Made by a program: the position numbers and the translations under genes. The notes beneath the pieces were generated by a model. It saw nothing but the letters and a program-made list of their open reading frames with translations. It was not told the origin of the DNA and searched no databases. This document shows positions 47,069-57,068 of a stretch of 64,000 nucleotides of DNA, in pieces. Origin of the DNA: an uncultured Mycoplasmatota bacterium (lineage in GTDB: Bacteria; Bacillota_I; Bacilli_A; RF39; UBA660); contig CANSFI010000001.1 of the NCBI GenBank assembly GCA_947646095.1, positions 8,402 to 72,401 on the forward strand, read 5' to 3'. Position 1 is the first letter of the stretch. Each line of letters opens with the position of its first letter.

Positions 47069-48353
47069 AGACAATTTAAATAAAATGTATGATATATTAA
47101 TAGGTGGTTATAAGATAACTAATGATAATTTAAATAGTTGTGGTTTTGATATCAATGATATAGATAAATTAATTGAAAATGGAGTACTAAAAAAAACACA
47201 AAAAGATATTTATGAGTTTTTATCAATAAATGATTTACTTTTATATGGAAAAGAATTATCAATACAAAAAAATTATAAAAAAGCTAATGCTTGTTTTGAA
47301 AAATGTTATAGTTTATGTCCTAACAACTATAAATTATGTGCTGAATTGTTTATGAAAAAACTAAGAACTAGTAAATATGAAGAATCTATTGAATACTTTG
47401 AATATTTATATAACAATGAAGAATATAAACCTAATAAAAATTTGTATCTATATTTATTAAGCATGCTAACAGAAGTACCAGAAAAATATAAAGAAAAAGC
47501 TAGAAATTTAAAATTCAAAGATATCAAAATAACAGATGATAATATTGAAAACCTTTGTCTAAAAAATACAATAAGATTTTCGATATTCTATAGAAAATTT
47601 CGTTTAGCAGGTAGACAATTAGAAGAATTAATCAAATTAGAAGGCTCAAACATTTATAATCGTATTATTTATGTATTAATAGAACAATCAATTAAAGAAC
47701 ATAATCTAGCAATTGATAAAAAATTAGAATTAGTAAAAAATAAACAATACCAAGAATATATTGATTATATTTTATTATTAGAAACACGTTATAAATTATT
47801 GCCATATGATAAATATTCTTTAATGTTAGCTAAAGACTTAATCGATATTATTAATGGAAAAATGGTAGAAATGAAAAAATCAAAAAGTACAAACATTTTT
47901 AAAGTAATTGAAAGTAAAGATTATAAAAAAGCTCTAAATATGAATGAAGAATATTTAAAAAAAGAAAATAAGAAGATAGATAAAAATATTATTCATATTT
48001 TATTATTAGAAATAACTAAAATGATAGAAAAAAATCCAAAAGAATCAAATCAAAATTATGTAATTGATAATATAGAATCTTTAGTATCATTAGTATTATC
48101 TGGTACTTTAATAGAAGAGGTTTGTATAAAATTTAATTTGAACGAAGAACAAAAATGTATAATCTTATTAATGTGTGCTAAGAACTTATATTTACAGGGT
48201 AATATTTTATCTGGAGATCAATACTTAAAGCAAGCAGAAAAAATAAAAAGTAAATCTAAAAAAGTAAAAGATCTATTAGAGGAGATAAAAACTAATAGAG
48301 AATTCTATCAAAATATTATTAAAGAAGATTATAAACCATTAGTTTTAAAATAA
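47058..48353 (+). CDS. wHTH plus TPR-like protein, paralog B
   Basis: Collinear with 45746-47068 at roughly half identity (for example NIIHILLLEITK, FNLN[DE]EQKCI, KQAEKIKS.SKK.KDLLEEI). The start overlaps the stop of paralog A by 11 nt. Confidence 0.55.
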   Translation: MINKDNLNKMYDILIGGYKITNDNLNSCGFDINDIDKLIENGVLKKTQKDIYEFLSINDLLLYGKELSIQKNYKKANACFEKCYSLCPNNYKLCAELFMKKLRTSKYEESIEYFEYLYNNEEYKPNKNLYLYLLSMLTEVPEKYKEKARNLKFKDIKITDDNIENLCLKNTIRFSIFYRKFRLAGRQLEELIKLEGSNIYNRIIYVLIEQSIKEHNLAIDKKLELVKNKQYQEYIDYILLLETRYKLLPYDKYSLMLAKDLIDIINGKMVEMKKSKSTNIFKVIESKDYKKALNMNEEYLKKENKKIDKNIIHILLLEITKMIEKNPKESNQNYVIDNIESLVSLVLSGTLIEEVCIKFNLNEEQKCIILLMCAKNLYLQGNILSGDQYLKQAEKIKSKSKKVKDLLEEIKTNREFYQNIIKEDYKPLVLK

Positions 48354-48387
48354 TATTTTCTATACAAAATTTATAAGATTAACTTTA

Positions 48388-48418
48388 TTGACAAATTATA
48401 TTAATAATAATATAATTT
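48388..48418 (+). promoter_or_regulatory. Consensus sigma-A promoter overlapped by a 26-bp AT palindrome (candidate PerR/Fur-type operator) upstream of rubrerythrin
   Basis: TTGACA (48388-48393), 17 nt, TATAAT (48411-48416). AAATTATATTAATAATAATATAATTT (48393-48418) is self-complementary at 12 of 13 positions. Confidence 0.5.
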
Positions 48419-48493
48419 TTATAGCAATAATGATTATAAGTCTTATTGTATGCTAACTACAAATGTAGTATTAATTAGGAAGGAATGAATTAA

Positions 48494-49033
48494 ATGGATT
48501 TAAAAGGATCAAAAACAGAACAAAATTTAATGGCTGCTTTTGCTGGTGAAAGTCAAGCTAGAAACAAATATACTTATTATGCTTCAAAAGCAAAAAAAGA
48601 AGGTTATGAACAAATAGCTGCAATTTTTAAAGAAACAGCTGATAACGAAAAAGAACATGCTAAAATATGGTTTAAATTATTACATAATAAAGAAGTACCT
48701 AATACAATTGAAAATTTAAAAGATGCTGCAGCTGGTGAAAATTATGAATGGACAGATATGTATGCTTCATTTGCTGAAACAGCTAAAGAAGAAGGTTTTA
48801 ATCATATTGCTTTTCTATTTGAAGCAGTTGGAAAAATTGAAAAAGAGCATGAAGAAAGATATAAATCATTACTTAATAATATCGAAAGTAATACTGTATT
48901 TACAAAAGAAGTACCACAAATGTGGATTTGTCGTAACTGTGGACATGTACATTATGGAGAAAAAGCACCAGAAGTGTGTCCAGTATGTAATCATCCAAAA
49001 GCATATTTTGAATTACGTAGTGAAAATTATTAA
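48494..49033 (+). CDS. rbr: Rubrerythrin
   Basis: Diiron four-helix motifs ([40 protein letters not shown]) plus a C-terminal rubredoxin-like CRNCG...CPVCNHP. Confidence 0.9.
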   Translation: MDLKGSKTEQNLMAAFAGESQARNKYTYYASKAKKEGYEQIAAIFKETADNEKEHAKIWFKLLHNKEVPNTIENLKDAAAGENYEWTDMYASFAETAKEEGFNHIAFLFEAVGKIEKEHEERYKSLLNNIESNTVFTKEVPQMWICRNCGHVHYGEKAPEVCPVCNHPKAYFELRSENY

Positions 49034-49042
49034 TAAATTTAA

Positions 49043-49066
49043 AATGGAGTTTTTACTTCATTTTTT
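49043..49066 (+). terminator. Terminator after rbr
   Basis: AATGGAGT-TTTT-ACTTCATT (8 bp including one G-U) followed by T residues. Confidence 0.4.
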
Positions 49067-49117
49067 CATTTATTTATAAAAAACATGATATAATGTACTA
49101 AAAGGAGCTGATAAACA

Positions 49118-50356
49118 ATGGATAAAAAAATATTAAATGCTATAAATAATGAACTAATTCGTCAACAAAATAATATCGAATTAATTGCATCTGAAAACTT
49201 TGTGAGTGAGGATGTAATGAAAATACAGGGTAGTGTATTAACTAATAAGTATGCTGAAGGATATCCTAGTAAAAGATATTATGGAGGGTGTACTAATGTA
49301 GACACTATTGAAAGTTTAGCTATTTCATACGCTTGTGAATTATTTGGTTGCAAATATGCAAATGTTCAACCACATAGTGGTAGTAGTGCTAATATGGCTG
49401 TTTACAAAGCTTTATTAAATAATGGTGATAAAGTATTGGGAATGAATTTAGATCATGGTGGCCATTTAACACATGGGCATAGAATAAATTTTAGTGGTTT
49501 AGATTATAATATAATTTCTTATAATGTAGATGAAAATACAGGATTAATTGATTATGATAAATTAATGGAAATTGCAAAGGTAGAAAAACCTAAAATGATC
49601 ATAGCAGGTGCTAGTGCTTATTCTAGGACTATCGACTTTAAAAAATTTAGAGAAGCTGCTGATAGTTGTGGGGCAGTTCTTATGGTTGATATGGCCCATA
49701 TAGCAGGTTTAGTAGCAACAAATCTTCATCCATCACCATTTCCTTATGCAGATGTTGTAACAAGTACTACTCATAAAACTTTAAGAGGACCTAGAGGTGG
49801 ACTTATTTTAACTAATAATGAAGAAATTATAGATAAAATTAATAAAACTATTTTTCCTGGTATTCAAGGTGGTCCTTTGATGCATGTAATAGGAGCTAAA
49901 GCAGAATGTTTTTATGAGGCTTTAAAACCAGAATTTAAAGAATATCAAAATCAAGTATTAAAAAATATAAAAGCATTATCTAATACTTTAATAGAAGAAG
50001 GATTTAAAATTATTTCTGGTGGAACTGATAATCATTTAATATTAGTTGATGTAAAATCAAGTGTTGACATGAATGGAAAAGAAGCAGAGCAAATATTAGA
50101 AAGTATAAATATAACTTGTAATAAAAATATGATTCCAAATGATTTAGAGTCACCATTTAAAACAAGTGGTATTCGTTTAGGGAGTCCTGCTATGACTAGT
50201 CGTGGACTAAAAGAAATAGATTTTGAAAATATTGGGCATATTATAGCTGTCTCTTTAAAAAATAAAGATAATATCGAAATATTAAATCAATTGAGATCAG
50301 AAGTAAAATCTATAACTGGTAAATATCCATTATATAAAGAGGTAAATTATGAGTAA
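49118..50356 (+). CDS. glyA: Serine hydroxymethyltransferase
   Basis: [25 protein letters not shown], and [16 protein letters not shown] (PLP lysine). Confidence 0.95.
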   Translation: MDKKILNAINNELIRQQNNIELIASENFVSEDVMKIQGSVLTNKYAEGYPSKRYYGGCTNVDTIESLAISYACELFGCKYANVQPHSGSSANMAVYKALLNNGDKVLGMNLDHGGHLTHGHRINFSGLDYNIISYNVDENTGLIDYDKLMEIAKVEKPKMIIAGASAYSRTIDFKKFREAADSCGAVLMVDMAHIAGLVATNLHPSPFPYADVVTSTTHKTLRGPRGGLILTNNEEIIDKINKTIFPGIQGGPLMHVIGAKAECFYEALKPEFKEYQNQVLKNIKALSNTLIEEGFKIISGGTDNHLILVDVKSSVDMNGKEAEQILESINITCNKNMIPNDLESPFKTSGIRLGSPAMTSRGLKEIDFENIGHIIAVSLKNKDNIEILNQLRSEVKSITGKYPLYKEVNYE

Positions 50357-51197
50357 AATAATTGATGGAAAAGAAATTAGCTTAAGTATCAAAGAAGAGT
50401 TAAAAAAACAAATAGATAAATTACCTTCAAAACCTGTTTTAGTTGTTATTCAAGTAGGAAATAATGAAGCTAGCAATGTATATATAAAAAATAAAAAAAT
50501 AGCAGCATCAAATATTGGAATGGAATTTAAACATATTCATTTTGATGAAAGAATTACTGAAAATGAATTAAAAGAACAAATAAATAAATTAAATAATGAT
50601 AATAATATAAATGGAATTATAGTTCAACTTCCTTTGCCTAATCATTTAAATAGTAAAAATATTATTAATTATATTGATCCAAATAAAGATATTGATGGTC
50701 TAACTGATATTAATTTGGGTAAACTTATGAGTGGGTCAGAATGTATGACTTCTTGTACTCCTACAGGTGTAATGCAATTAATTAAGGAATATAATATTGA
50801 TTTAGGTGGTAAACATGTAGTAATTGTAGGTAGATCTAATTTGGTTGGTAAACCTTTAATTCATATGTTATTAGATGAGGATGCAACTGTAACAGTTACA
50901 CATTCAAAAACTAAAGATTTAATTTCCTTTACTAAACAAGCAGATATTTTAATAGTAGCTGTTGGAAAGAAACATTTAATAACAAATAATATGATAAAAG
51001 AAGGAGCGGTTATAATTGATGTTGGAATAAATAGAATAGATGGAAAAATATATGGTGATGTTGATTTTGAAAACGTTTTAAATAAGGCATCTTATATAAC
51101 TCCTGTACCAAAAGGAGTAGGCCCTATGACAGTAGCAATGCTTTTAAAAAACACTTTAAAAAGTTATTATATGATGAACAAAATTAATAAAAAATAG
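50349..51197 (+). CDS. folD: Bifunctional methylene-THF dehydrogenase/cyclohydrolase
   Basis: [52 protein letters not shown]. Overlaps the glyA stop. Confidence 0.93.
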   Translation: MSKIIDGKEISLSIKEELKKQIDKLPSKPVLVVIQVGNNEASNVYIKNKKIAASNIGMEFKHIHFDERITENELKEQINKLNNDNNINGIIVQLPLPNHLNSKNIINYIDPNKDIDGLTDINLGKLMSGSECMTSCTPTGVMQLIKEYNIDLGGKHVVIVGRSNLVGKPLIHMLLDEDATVTVTHSKTKDLISFTKQADILIVAVGKKHLITNNMIKEGAVIIDVGINRIDGKIYGDVDFENVLNKASYITPVPKGVGPMTVAMLLKNTLKSYYMMNKINKK

Positions 51198-51249
51198 TAT
51201 AAATTAAATAAAATTGATAATTTTAGTTATAATAATATTGGTGATTATT

Positions 51250-52029
51250 ATGGAAAAAATATTAGTAACTGGTGCTAGAAGTGGAATAATAAATTCAGTA
51301 ATTGATTCAATAATTGATAAATATTATATATATCTAACAGTGGAAAATGAAACTCAACTAAAAATGGTAAATAAAAAATACACAAATTATAATAATATTG
51401 AATGTATGAAATTAGATATAACTGATAAAAAAGATAGAGAAAAAATAGCTTTACTTGATATAGATATTTTAATATGTAATGCTGCAATTGGAGAAGGCGG
51501 ATCAGTATCAGAGATACCAATAGATAAAATTAGACATAATTTTGAAGTAAATGTTTTTTCTAACTTTGAATTAATTCAATTAGTATTAAAGAAAATGGTA
51601 AATAATAAAAAAGGTAAAATTATTGTTATGTCTTCACTAGCAGCTCATTTTCCGATTAATTTCTTAGGTTCTTATTGTTCAACTAAAGCAAGTATAAGTA
51701 TGCTTACAGCTACTTTAAAAAATGAATTAAAGTTGATAGATAATAATATTAAGATTAAATTAATTGAACCAGGATTATATCATACAGGTTTTAATCAGGT
51801 AATGTTAGAAAATAAATATGATTGGATGAATATTGATAGCTATTTTGAAAGTATTATTGAAGATATTAGAAATAGAGAAGATATATATTTCAATTTATTA
51901 GAAAAAAAGAAAATGAATTCAATTGTAAAACAAATAGTAAAAGCAATTGAGAGTAATGACAATAAATTTATTTATTCTGCACCGATAAGTCAATATTTAT
52001 TTAGTAAAATATATAATTTAATTAAATGA
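51250..52029 (+). CDS. Short-chain dehydrogenase/reductase
   Basis: ILVTGARSGI, NAAIG, YCSTKAS (YxxxK). The ORF-track TTG at 51214 is rejected in favour of ATG 51250. Confidence 0.75.
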   Translation: MEKILVTGARSGIINSVIDSIIDKYYIYLTVENETQLKMVNKKYTNYNNIECMKLDITDKKDREKIALLDIDILICNAAIGEGGSVSEIPIDKIRHNFEVNVFSNFELIQLVLKKMVNNKKGKIIVMSSLAAHFPINFLGSYCSTKASISMLTATLKNELKLIDNNIKIKLIEPGLYHTGFNQVMLENKYDWMNIDSYFESIIEDIRNREDIYFNLLEKKKMNSIVKQIVKAIESNDNKFIYSAPISQYLFSKIYNLIK

Positions 52030-52095
52030 TAAATTTATATTAGAATATATATCAATATTTTAATCTATTTTTTATAAAAATGTGTGCAATATATA

Positions 52096-52124
52096 TTGTA
52101 AAATATTATCAAGTATGTTACAAT
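52096..52124 (+). promoter_or_regulatory. Promoter of the solitary tRNA gene
   Basis: TTGTAA, 17 nt, TGtTACAAT, ending 16 nt before the tRNA 5' end. Confidence 0.5.
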
Positions 52125-52140
52125 TATATTGTTCTGTTAT

Positions 52141-52217
52141 GGCGATGTAGCTCAGTTGGCTAGAGCAACCGGTTCATACCCGGTAGGTCGTGAGTTCGAA
52201 TCTCTCCGTCGCTACCA
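52141..52217 (+). tRNA. Elongator tRNA-Met (anticodon CAT) with encoded CCA
   Basis: Cloverleaf: acceptor GGCGATG/CGTCGCT with G1-U72, D-arm GCTCAGTTGGCTAGAGC, anticodon arm ACCGG-TTCATAC-CCGGT, and T-loop GTTCGAATC. It resembles Bacillus elongator Met rather than initiator or Ile2. Confidence 0.9.
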
Positions 52218-52256
52218 GATTGATAGGAAACTCGAACTTCGAGTAATAATAGAAAA

Positions 52257-52281
52257 GCGACTTGTCAAAAAGTCGTTTTTA
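52257..52281. terminator. Terminator after the tRNA, usable in both directions
   Basis: GCGACTT-GTCAAA-AAGTCGT followed by T residues, with an A-run on the other side. Confidence 0.6.
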
Positions 52282-52345
52282 TGTTATTATGAATATGTCA
52301 AGGAAACTTGCATAAAATAAAAAAGGGAACATTCAGTTTCGCTAA

Positions 52346-52535
52346 GTTGAGTGTCTACCCAATTTAAATTAGTTAGGCACTTATTCTAAGAATGAGTGTC
52401 ATTTTTTTATTGCTAACACCAATAAGGTAGAGAGTAATAAAATGATAGCAATGAGCTTTAAAAACTTTATTATGAAAGTTTTAGTTTTCATTTTATCAAA
52501 CCTCCTCTCTGTAAGAGATTTGGTAGACACTCAAC
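52346..52535. repeat. 14-bp perfect inverted repeat flanking the small hydrophobic ORF
   Basis: GTTGAGTGTCTACC (52346-52359) is the exact reverse complement of GGTAGACACTCAAC (52522-52535). Confidence 0.85.
52399..52491 (-). CDS. 30-aa hydrophobic peptide, candidate type I toxin
   Basis: RBS AGAGGAGG 9 nt upstream of ATG. Peptide MKTKTFIIKFLKLIAIILLLSTLLVLAIKK has a single TM and lysine-rich ends. Its own promoter lies upstream. Confidence 0.4.
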   Translation of the reverse strand: MKTKTFIIKFLKLIAIILLLSTLLVLAIKK

Positions 52536-52555
52536 AACTGATATTCCCTATGAAA

Positions 52556-52584
52556 ATTATACTAGATTAATTTTTATAATACAA
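52556..52584 (-). promoter_or_regulatory. Promoter for the small-peptide mRNA
   Basis: The minus strand reads TTGTAT, 17 nt, TATAAT. The predicted 5' UTR of about 58 nt contains one arm of the 14-bp repeat. Confidence 0.45.
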
Positions 52585-52680
52585 TAAATTTAACTAAATT
52601 TTGCCAATTTAGAAAAACACACTTGCATATTGTCATAATAAGCAAGATACATTTGGTATTATTTAGAAGGAGAAATTTAT

Positions 52681-53261
52681 ATGACTTTTAAAGAAAAAGC
52701 TAAAAATTATGATAATGAATCAAGAGAAAAAACGATCTCAAACTATTGCAGAAAAGATAATGAACGTCGTTGGTGATAAACAAGAATGTATGATGATGGA
52801 ATATGGCTGTGCAACTGGATTAATATATGATATATTTAAAAAATTAACTTTGATTGATTATGAAGATGAAATGATAAATATAGTTAGAAAAAAAGTTTAT
52901 TAATCATAATATATCTAATATTATACCTATTAGAAAAGATTTAACAAAAGAAAAATATAATGCAAAAAAATTTGATGTTATATTTACTTCATTGACACTT
53001 CATCACATAGTAGATGTAAAAAATATGATAAAAACGTTTTATAGTATGTTAAATAAAGATGGTTTATTAATTATAATTGATTTAGATAAAGAAGATGGTA
53101 ATTTTCATATGGATACAAAAGATTTTAGTGGTCATAATGGATTTGAACATAAATATATAGAAAATATATTAAAGCATGTTGGATTGCTTAATATTAAATC
53201 CGAAACATTTTTCTATAGCGAAAAAAATACAATAATAAAAATATACATTCTTTTGTTATGA
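52681..53261 (+). pseudogene. Class I SAM-dependent methyltransferase broken into three or more pieces
   Basis: RBS AAGGAG plus ATG 52681. Frameshift at the A-run near 52722-52727. Motif I EYGCATGL. Stop at 52903, then TLHHIVD...LNKDGLLIIIDL continues in another frame. Confidence 0.65.
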
Positions 53262-53541
53262 TTTAATAGGATTGTATGATTCTTTAATTAGCATAATTCT
53301 AGTTTTTAAATGATTAAACTTTATATATTACAGGAATGTTTAATTGTTTAATTGTTTAATATTAGTACCTTCAACAATAACATTATAATATTCATAATCA
53401 AAAGAGTTAACAATATATTTTTTCATATTTTTAAAAGTTATATATATGTAAATATTATAAAATTATAATAAGAATATAAAAATAATTTTTAAAATGCCTA
53501 AATTTATGATAAAATAAACCTTATTATTTAGGAGGAATATT

Positions 53542-54540
53542 ATGACTAATAATAATTTAAACAGTAATACTAGCCATATAGAAAATCATTTACTAAAAAA
53601 TAATATATTAGAAATTGATGACTTTGAAAAACTTTTAATTAATGCAATTAAAAAATGTAAAGGAGAATATGTAGAAGATTTTTCTCATAATTTTAGTTTA
53701 ATTTATCCATTTACAACCGAAAATATAGCTGGTTATATAAATCAATTTGATTTAAACGATAAAACCTTATTAACGGTAGGATCATCTGGAGATCAGATTA
53801 TAAATGGTATTTTATATGGATGTAAAAGTATTACTTCCTTAGATGTAAATCCTTATACAAAGTTTTATACTTATTTAAAACTCAGTTGTATATTAGAAAT
53901 TCAAAAAGATGAGTTTTTAAAATTTTTATGTTTTAAAGATTATTCAAAATATTATAGATTTAATCCTGATATATTTAATATTAAAACATATAAAAAAATA
54001 AAACAAACTTTATCTTTATTAGATTATGAATCCTATTTAATTTGGGATAGTCTATTTCAATCATTTGAAGGAAAAACAATTAGAAATGAATTGTTTGCTT
54101 CAGATGAAAGTGAATTAGAAGTTATATTAAAGTGTAATCCTTACTTACAAAGTGAAATATCTTATCAAGAAATTCGAGAAAAAATAAAAAAAACATATTT
54201 AAACTTTATAATAGGTGATTTATTTAAAATAGATATAAAAGGTAAATTTAATAATATTTGGCTTTCTAATATTGGAACATATTTTGGAATAGATTCAGTT
54301 AAAGAAATGACAAAAAAAATGAGTTCAAACTTAAATGATGATGGTAAATTACTAATTAGTTATTTATATAGAATTACAAAAGATAGTAAATATAATTGTG
54401 AATTTAGTAATATTTATAATTTAGAAAAAGCATTTGAAATATTAAATGAGTATAATCCAGATATAATTTCCTTTTTAGGAATGGATGGTATTAAAAATAA
54501 TAATGGAAAAAAAGATTCTGTATTAATATACAAAAAATAA
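53542..54540 (+). CDS. SAM-dependent methyltransferase-fold protein (DUF3419/BtaA-like)
   Basis: LLTVGSSGDQIINGILYGCKSITSLDVNP resembles the Rossmann-like motif of this family. RBS AGGAGG. Confidence 0.5.
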   Translation: MTNNNLNSNTSHIENHLLKNNILEIDDFEKLLINAIKKCKGEYVEDFSHNFSLIYPFTTENIAGYINQFDLNDKTLLTVGSSGDQIINGILYGCKSITSLDVNPYTKFYTYLKLSCILEIQKDEFLKFLCFKDYSKYYRFNPDIFNIKTYKKIKQTLSLLDYESYLIWDSLFQSFEGKTIRNELFASDESELEVILKCNPYLQSEISYQEIREKIKKTYLNFIIGDLFKIDIKGKFNNIWLSNIGTYFGIDSVKEMTKKMSSNLNDDGKLLISYLYRITKDSKYNCEFSNIYNLEKAFEILNEYNPDIISFLGMDGIKNNNGKKDSVLIYKK

Positions 54541-54972
54541 GTTTTATAGTACGATTATAACTTGAAAGATAATTATTTAATATAAAAAATTAAAGAATAA
54601 AATATATTAGAAATATGTTAAAATAATTAGTAACAGTATCAAACCATATTTAAAAATAAAAAATTTCTACTATTAGAAGAAAAACAGTTAAAAGTTTTAT
54701 GCTATTTATAAGCGGTATATTTAAAATGGATATATTGCTTTTTTATGTTAATTTTATAAAATTATTAAATTTTGAAAAATAATATTTTGTAAATAAATAT
54801 ATGTAAATAAGGAATCTTTCCATGATATAATGTTTGTATGAGTAAAAAACTAAGGTTAAAAAATAGTATATCTGAAAATTTAACTGATTATTGTGATGGA
54901 ATAAAGCTCAATTGTTTAAATTGGAAGAAATTATATAGATAAATATTTTATATCAAAAAAGAAAGCATCTTT

Positions 54973-55268
54973 ATGAAAAAAACTGATTTAATTAATATAC
55001 CTTATATAGGTAAAAATACTAAACAAGAATTAATATAGGAATTATTTGCGTTGAAGATTTAAAAGAAAAAAATCCTGAACAATTATATAATCAGGATTAT
55101 AAAATAAAAAAACAACAAATGTGTAAATGTCAATTATATGTATTTAGAATGGCAGTTTATTATGCCGAACACAAAACTCATGAAAAACAAAAACTAAAAT
55201 GTATTGGAAATATAAAGGATATTATAATGAAAAAAAGAGGTGATAAAATGAGAAATTTGATTAAATAA
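54973..55268 (+). pseudogene. Helix-hairpin-helix 'pathogenicity locus' (Cdd1-like) gene with one frameshift
   Basis: MKKTDLINIPYIGKNTKQELI, then TAG. After a shift near 55035 it reads IGIICVEDLKEKNPEQLYNQ...CQLYVFRMAVYYAEH...KLKCIGNIKD. Confidence 0.45.
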
Positions 55269-55311
55269 GTTAGGCATAAACTTTAAATTATGCCAAATAA
55301 GGAGGCATAAT

Positions 55312-56820
55312 ATGTTAGAAATTAAAAACTTAGATATATTAATATCAGATAGATATTTAATTAAATCATTATCATTTACTTTAAATTATTCTGATAAACT
55401 AGCTATAATTGGTGAAGAAGGAAATGGAAAAACAACTTTATTAAAATCATTATTGGGAATATGTGAATATGCTGATATAAAGGGAATAGTCAATTTTAAA
55501 GGAAATACAGTTGGATATTTAGAGCAATCTATAAATGAAGAAAACTTAAATAAAAAAGTTTATGACTTTTTATTTAAAGATAATTTTGATTATTATGACA
55601 AAGTAAATAAATTATATAATTATTTAGAAAATTTAAAAATAGATGATTCTATATTAGAACAGATTATTAAAAATCTATCTGGTGGTGAAAAAGTAAAGAT
55701 AAGTATATTAAAACTTTTATTAAGTGATTATGATATATTGTTTTTAGATGAACCAACTAATGATTTAGATATAGAAACTTTAAAGTGGTTAGAAAACTTT
55801 ATTAATAGTACTAATAAACCTATACTATATGTATCTCATGATGAAACTCTTTTATCTAAAACAGCTAATATAATTCTTCATTTAGAACAATTAAAAAATA
55901 AAAAAGAATGTAAACATACTATTTTAAAAACAGATTATAATACTTATTTAGAAAACAGGATTAAAAGTATTAATAAGCAAATACAAATATCTAAATTTGA
56001 AAAAAAAGAATACAACAAAAAACAAGAACGCTTAAAACAAATAATGCAAAAAGTAGAATATCGACAAAATAATATTACAAGAGCTGATCCTCATGGTGCT
56101 AAATTATTAAAAAAGAAAATGAAAAGTTTAAAATCACAAGAAAAAAAATTAAAAAATTTCAATATAACTGAAAAACCAGATGTTGAAGAAAGTATTAATT
56201 TTTTCTTTGAAGATATAGAAATACCAAAATTGAAAAAAATAATAAATATAGATATTTTAGAATTAAAAATTCAAAATAAAATTTTATCTAAAAATATTAA
56301 ATTAGATATCGTTGGTAATACACATATATGTATAGTAGGTGAAAATGGAGTAGGTAAAACAACTTTATTGAAACAAATATATAGGACACTAAAAAATAGA
56401 ACTGATATTAAAGTTGGATATATGCCACAAGTATATGAAGATATTTTAAATGATTATGATAATGTTTTGGATTTTATTTGTTCTGAAAATAAAGAAGATA
56501 TAACTAAAGCAAGAATGTATTTAGGGAATATGAATTTTACTAAAGAAGAAATGACAGGTAAAATTCAATATTTGAGTAATGGAACAAAGGCTAAATTATT
56601 TTTAATAAAATTAGTATTTGATAAATGTAATGTTCTTATATTGGATGAACCAACTAGGAACGTAAGTCCACTTTCTAATCCTGTCATAAGAAAAGTATTA
56701 AAAAATTTTAAGGGTACAATTATTAGTGTTTCTCATGATCGCAAATATATTTCTGAAGTAATAAATGAATTATATATTTTAGATAAAAAAGGATTAATAA
56801 AAAAGGTTAATTTTAATTAG
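55312..56820 (+). CDS. ABC-F ATPase, possibly an ARE-type ribosomal protection protein
   Basis: Two ABC cassettes without TM domains (GEEGNGKTTL/LSGGEK/LFLDEPTNDLD and GENGVGKTTL/LSNGTK/LILDEPTRN) joined by a K/E/Q-rich linker of about 90 aa. Confidence 0.85.
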   Translation: MLEIKNLDILISDRYLIKSLSFTLNYSDKLAIIGEEGNGKTTLLKSLLGICEYADIKGIVNFKGNTVGYLEQSINEENLNKKVYDFLFKDNFDYYDKVNKLYNYLENLKIDDSILEQIIKNLSGGEKVKISILKLLLSDYDILFLDEPTNDLDIETLKWLENFINSTNKPILYVSHDETLLSKTANIILHLEQLKNKKECKHTILKTDYNTYLENRIKSINKQIQISKFEKKEYNKKQERLKQIMQKVEYRQNNITRADPHGAKLLKKKMKSLKSQEKKLKNFNITEKPDVEESINFFFEDIEIPKLKKIINIDILELKIQNKILSKNIKLDIVGNTHICIVGENGVGKTTLLKQIYRTLKNRTDIKVGYMPQVYEDILNDYDNVLDFICSENKEDITKARMYLGNMNFTKEEMTGKIQYLSNGTKAKLFLIKLVFDKCNVLILDEPTRNVSPLSNPVIRKVLKNFKGTIISVSHDRKYISEVINELYILDKKGLIKKVNFN

Positions 56821-57021
56821 TTCTAATAATGTTTCTTGTTAAATGATATTGTTGTCTTTTTTTTATATTTACAATTATAATCTTTAATTAATTTATTTTG
56901 TGATCACAGTAATTAAATTGTATAAATTAGTTATAATTGGTATGTTATCTAAAAATAGTAATTTATAGAGCAGATCATATTTATGATTTGCTTTTTTCAG
57001 AGAAAATATATATCTTATCTG

Positions 57022-57050
57022 TTTACAATATACCCCGTTAGGTATATAAT
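57022..57050 (+). promoter_or_regulatory. cop operon promoter with a CsoR-type operator in the spacer
   Basis: TTTACA (57022-57027), 17 nt, TATAAT (57045-57050). The spacer holds ATATACC-CCGTTA-GGTATAT (57028-57047) with 7-bp arms. Confidence 0.55.
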
Positions 57051-57068
57051 AATATAGGTGGTGATTAA

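Noticed and set aside
48723-49079. 118-aa ORF overlapping rubrerythrin in another frame.
   Set aside because: It is out of frame with a highly conserved CDS, has no RBS and has odd composition.
53338-53360. Tandem GTTTAATT x3 repeat, and a general check for CRISPR-like arrays across the window.
   Set aside because: It is a trivial 8-nt triple repeat in an AT-rich spacer. No repeat-spacer periodicity was seen anywhere in the window.
55248-55268. MRNLIK as a dedicated ABC-F leader peptide.
   Set aside because: The frame is continuous with the C-terminal tail of the frameshifted Cdd1-like gene, so it cannot be separated from pseudogene remnants. It is kept only as a caveat in the hairpin finding.
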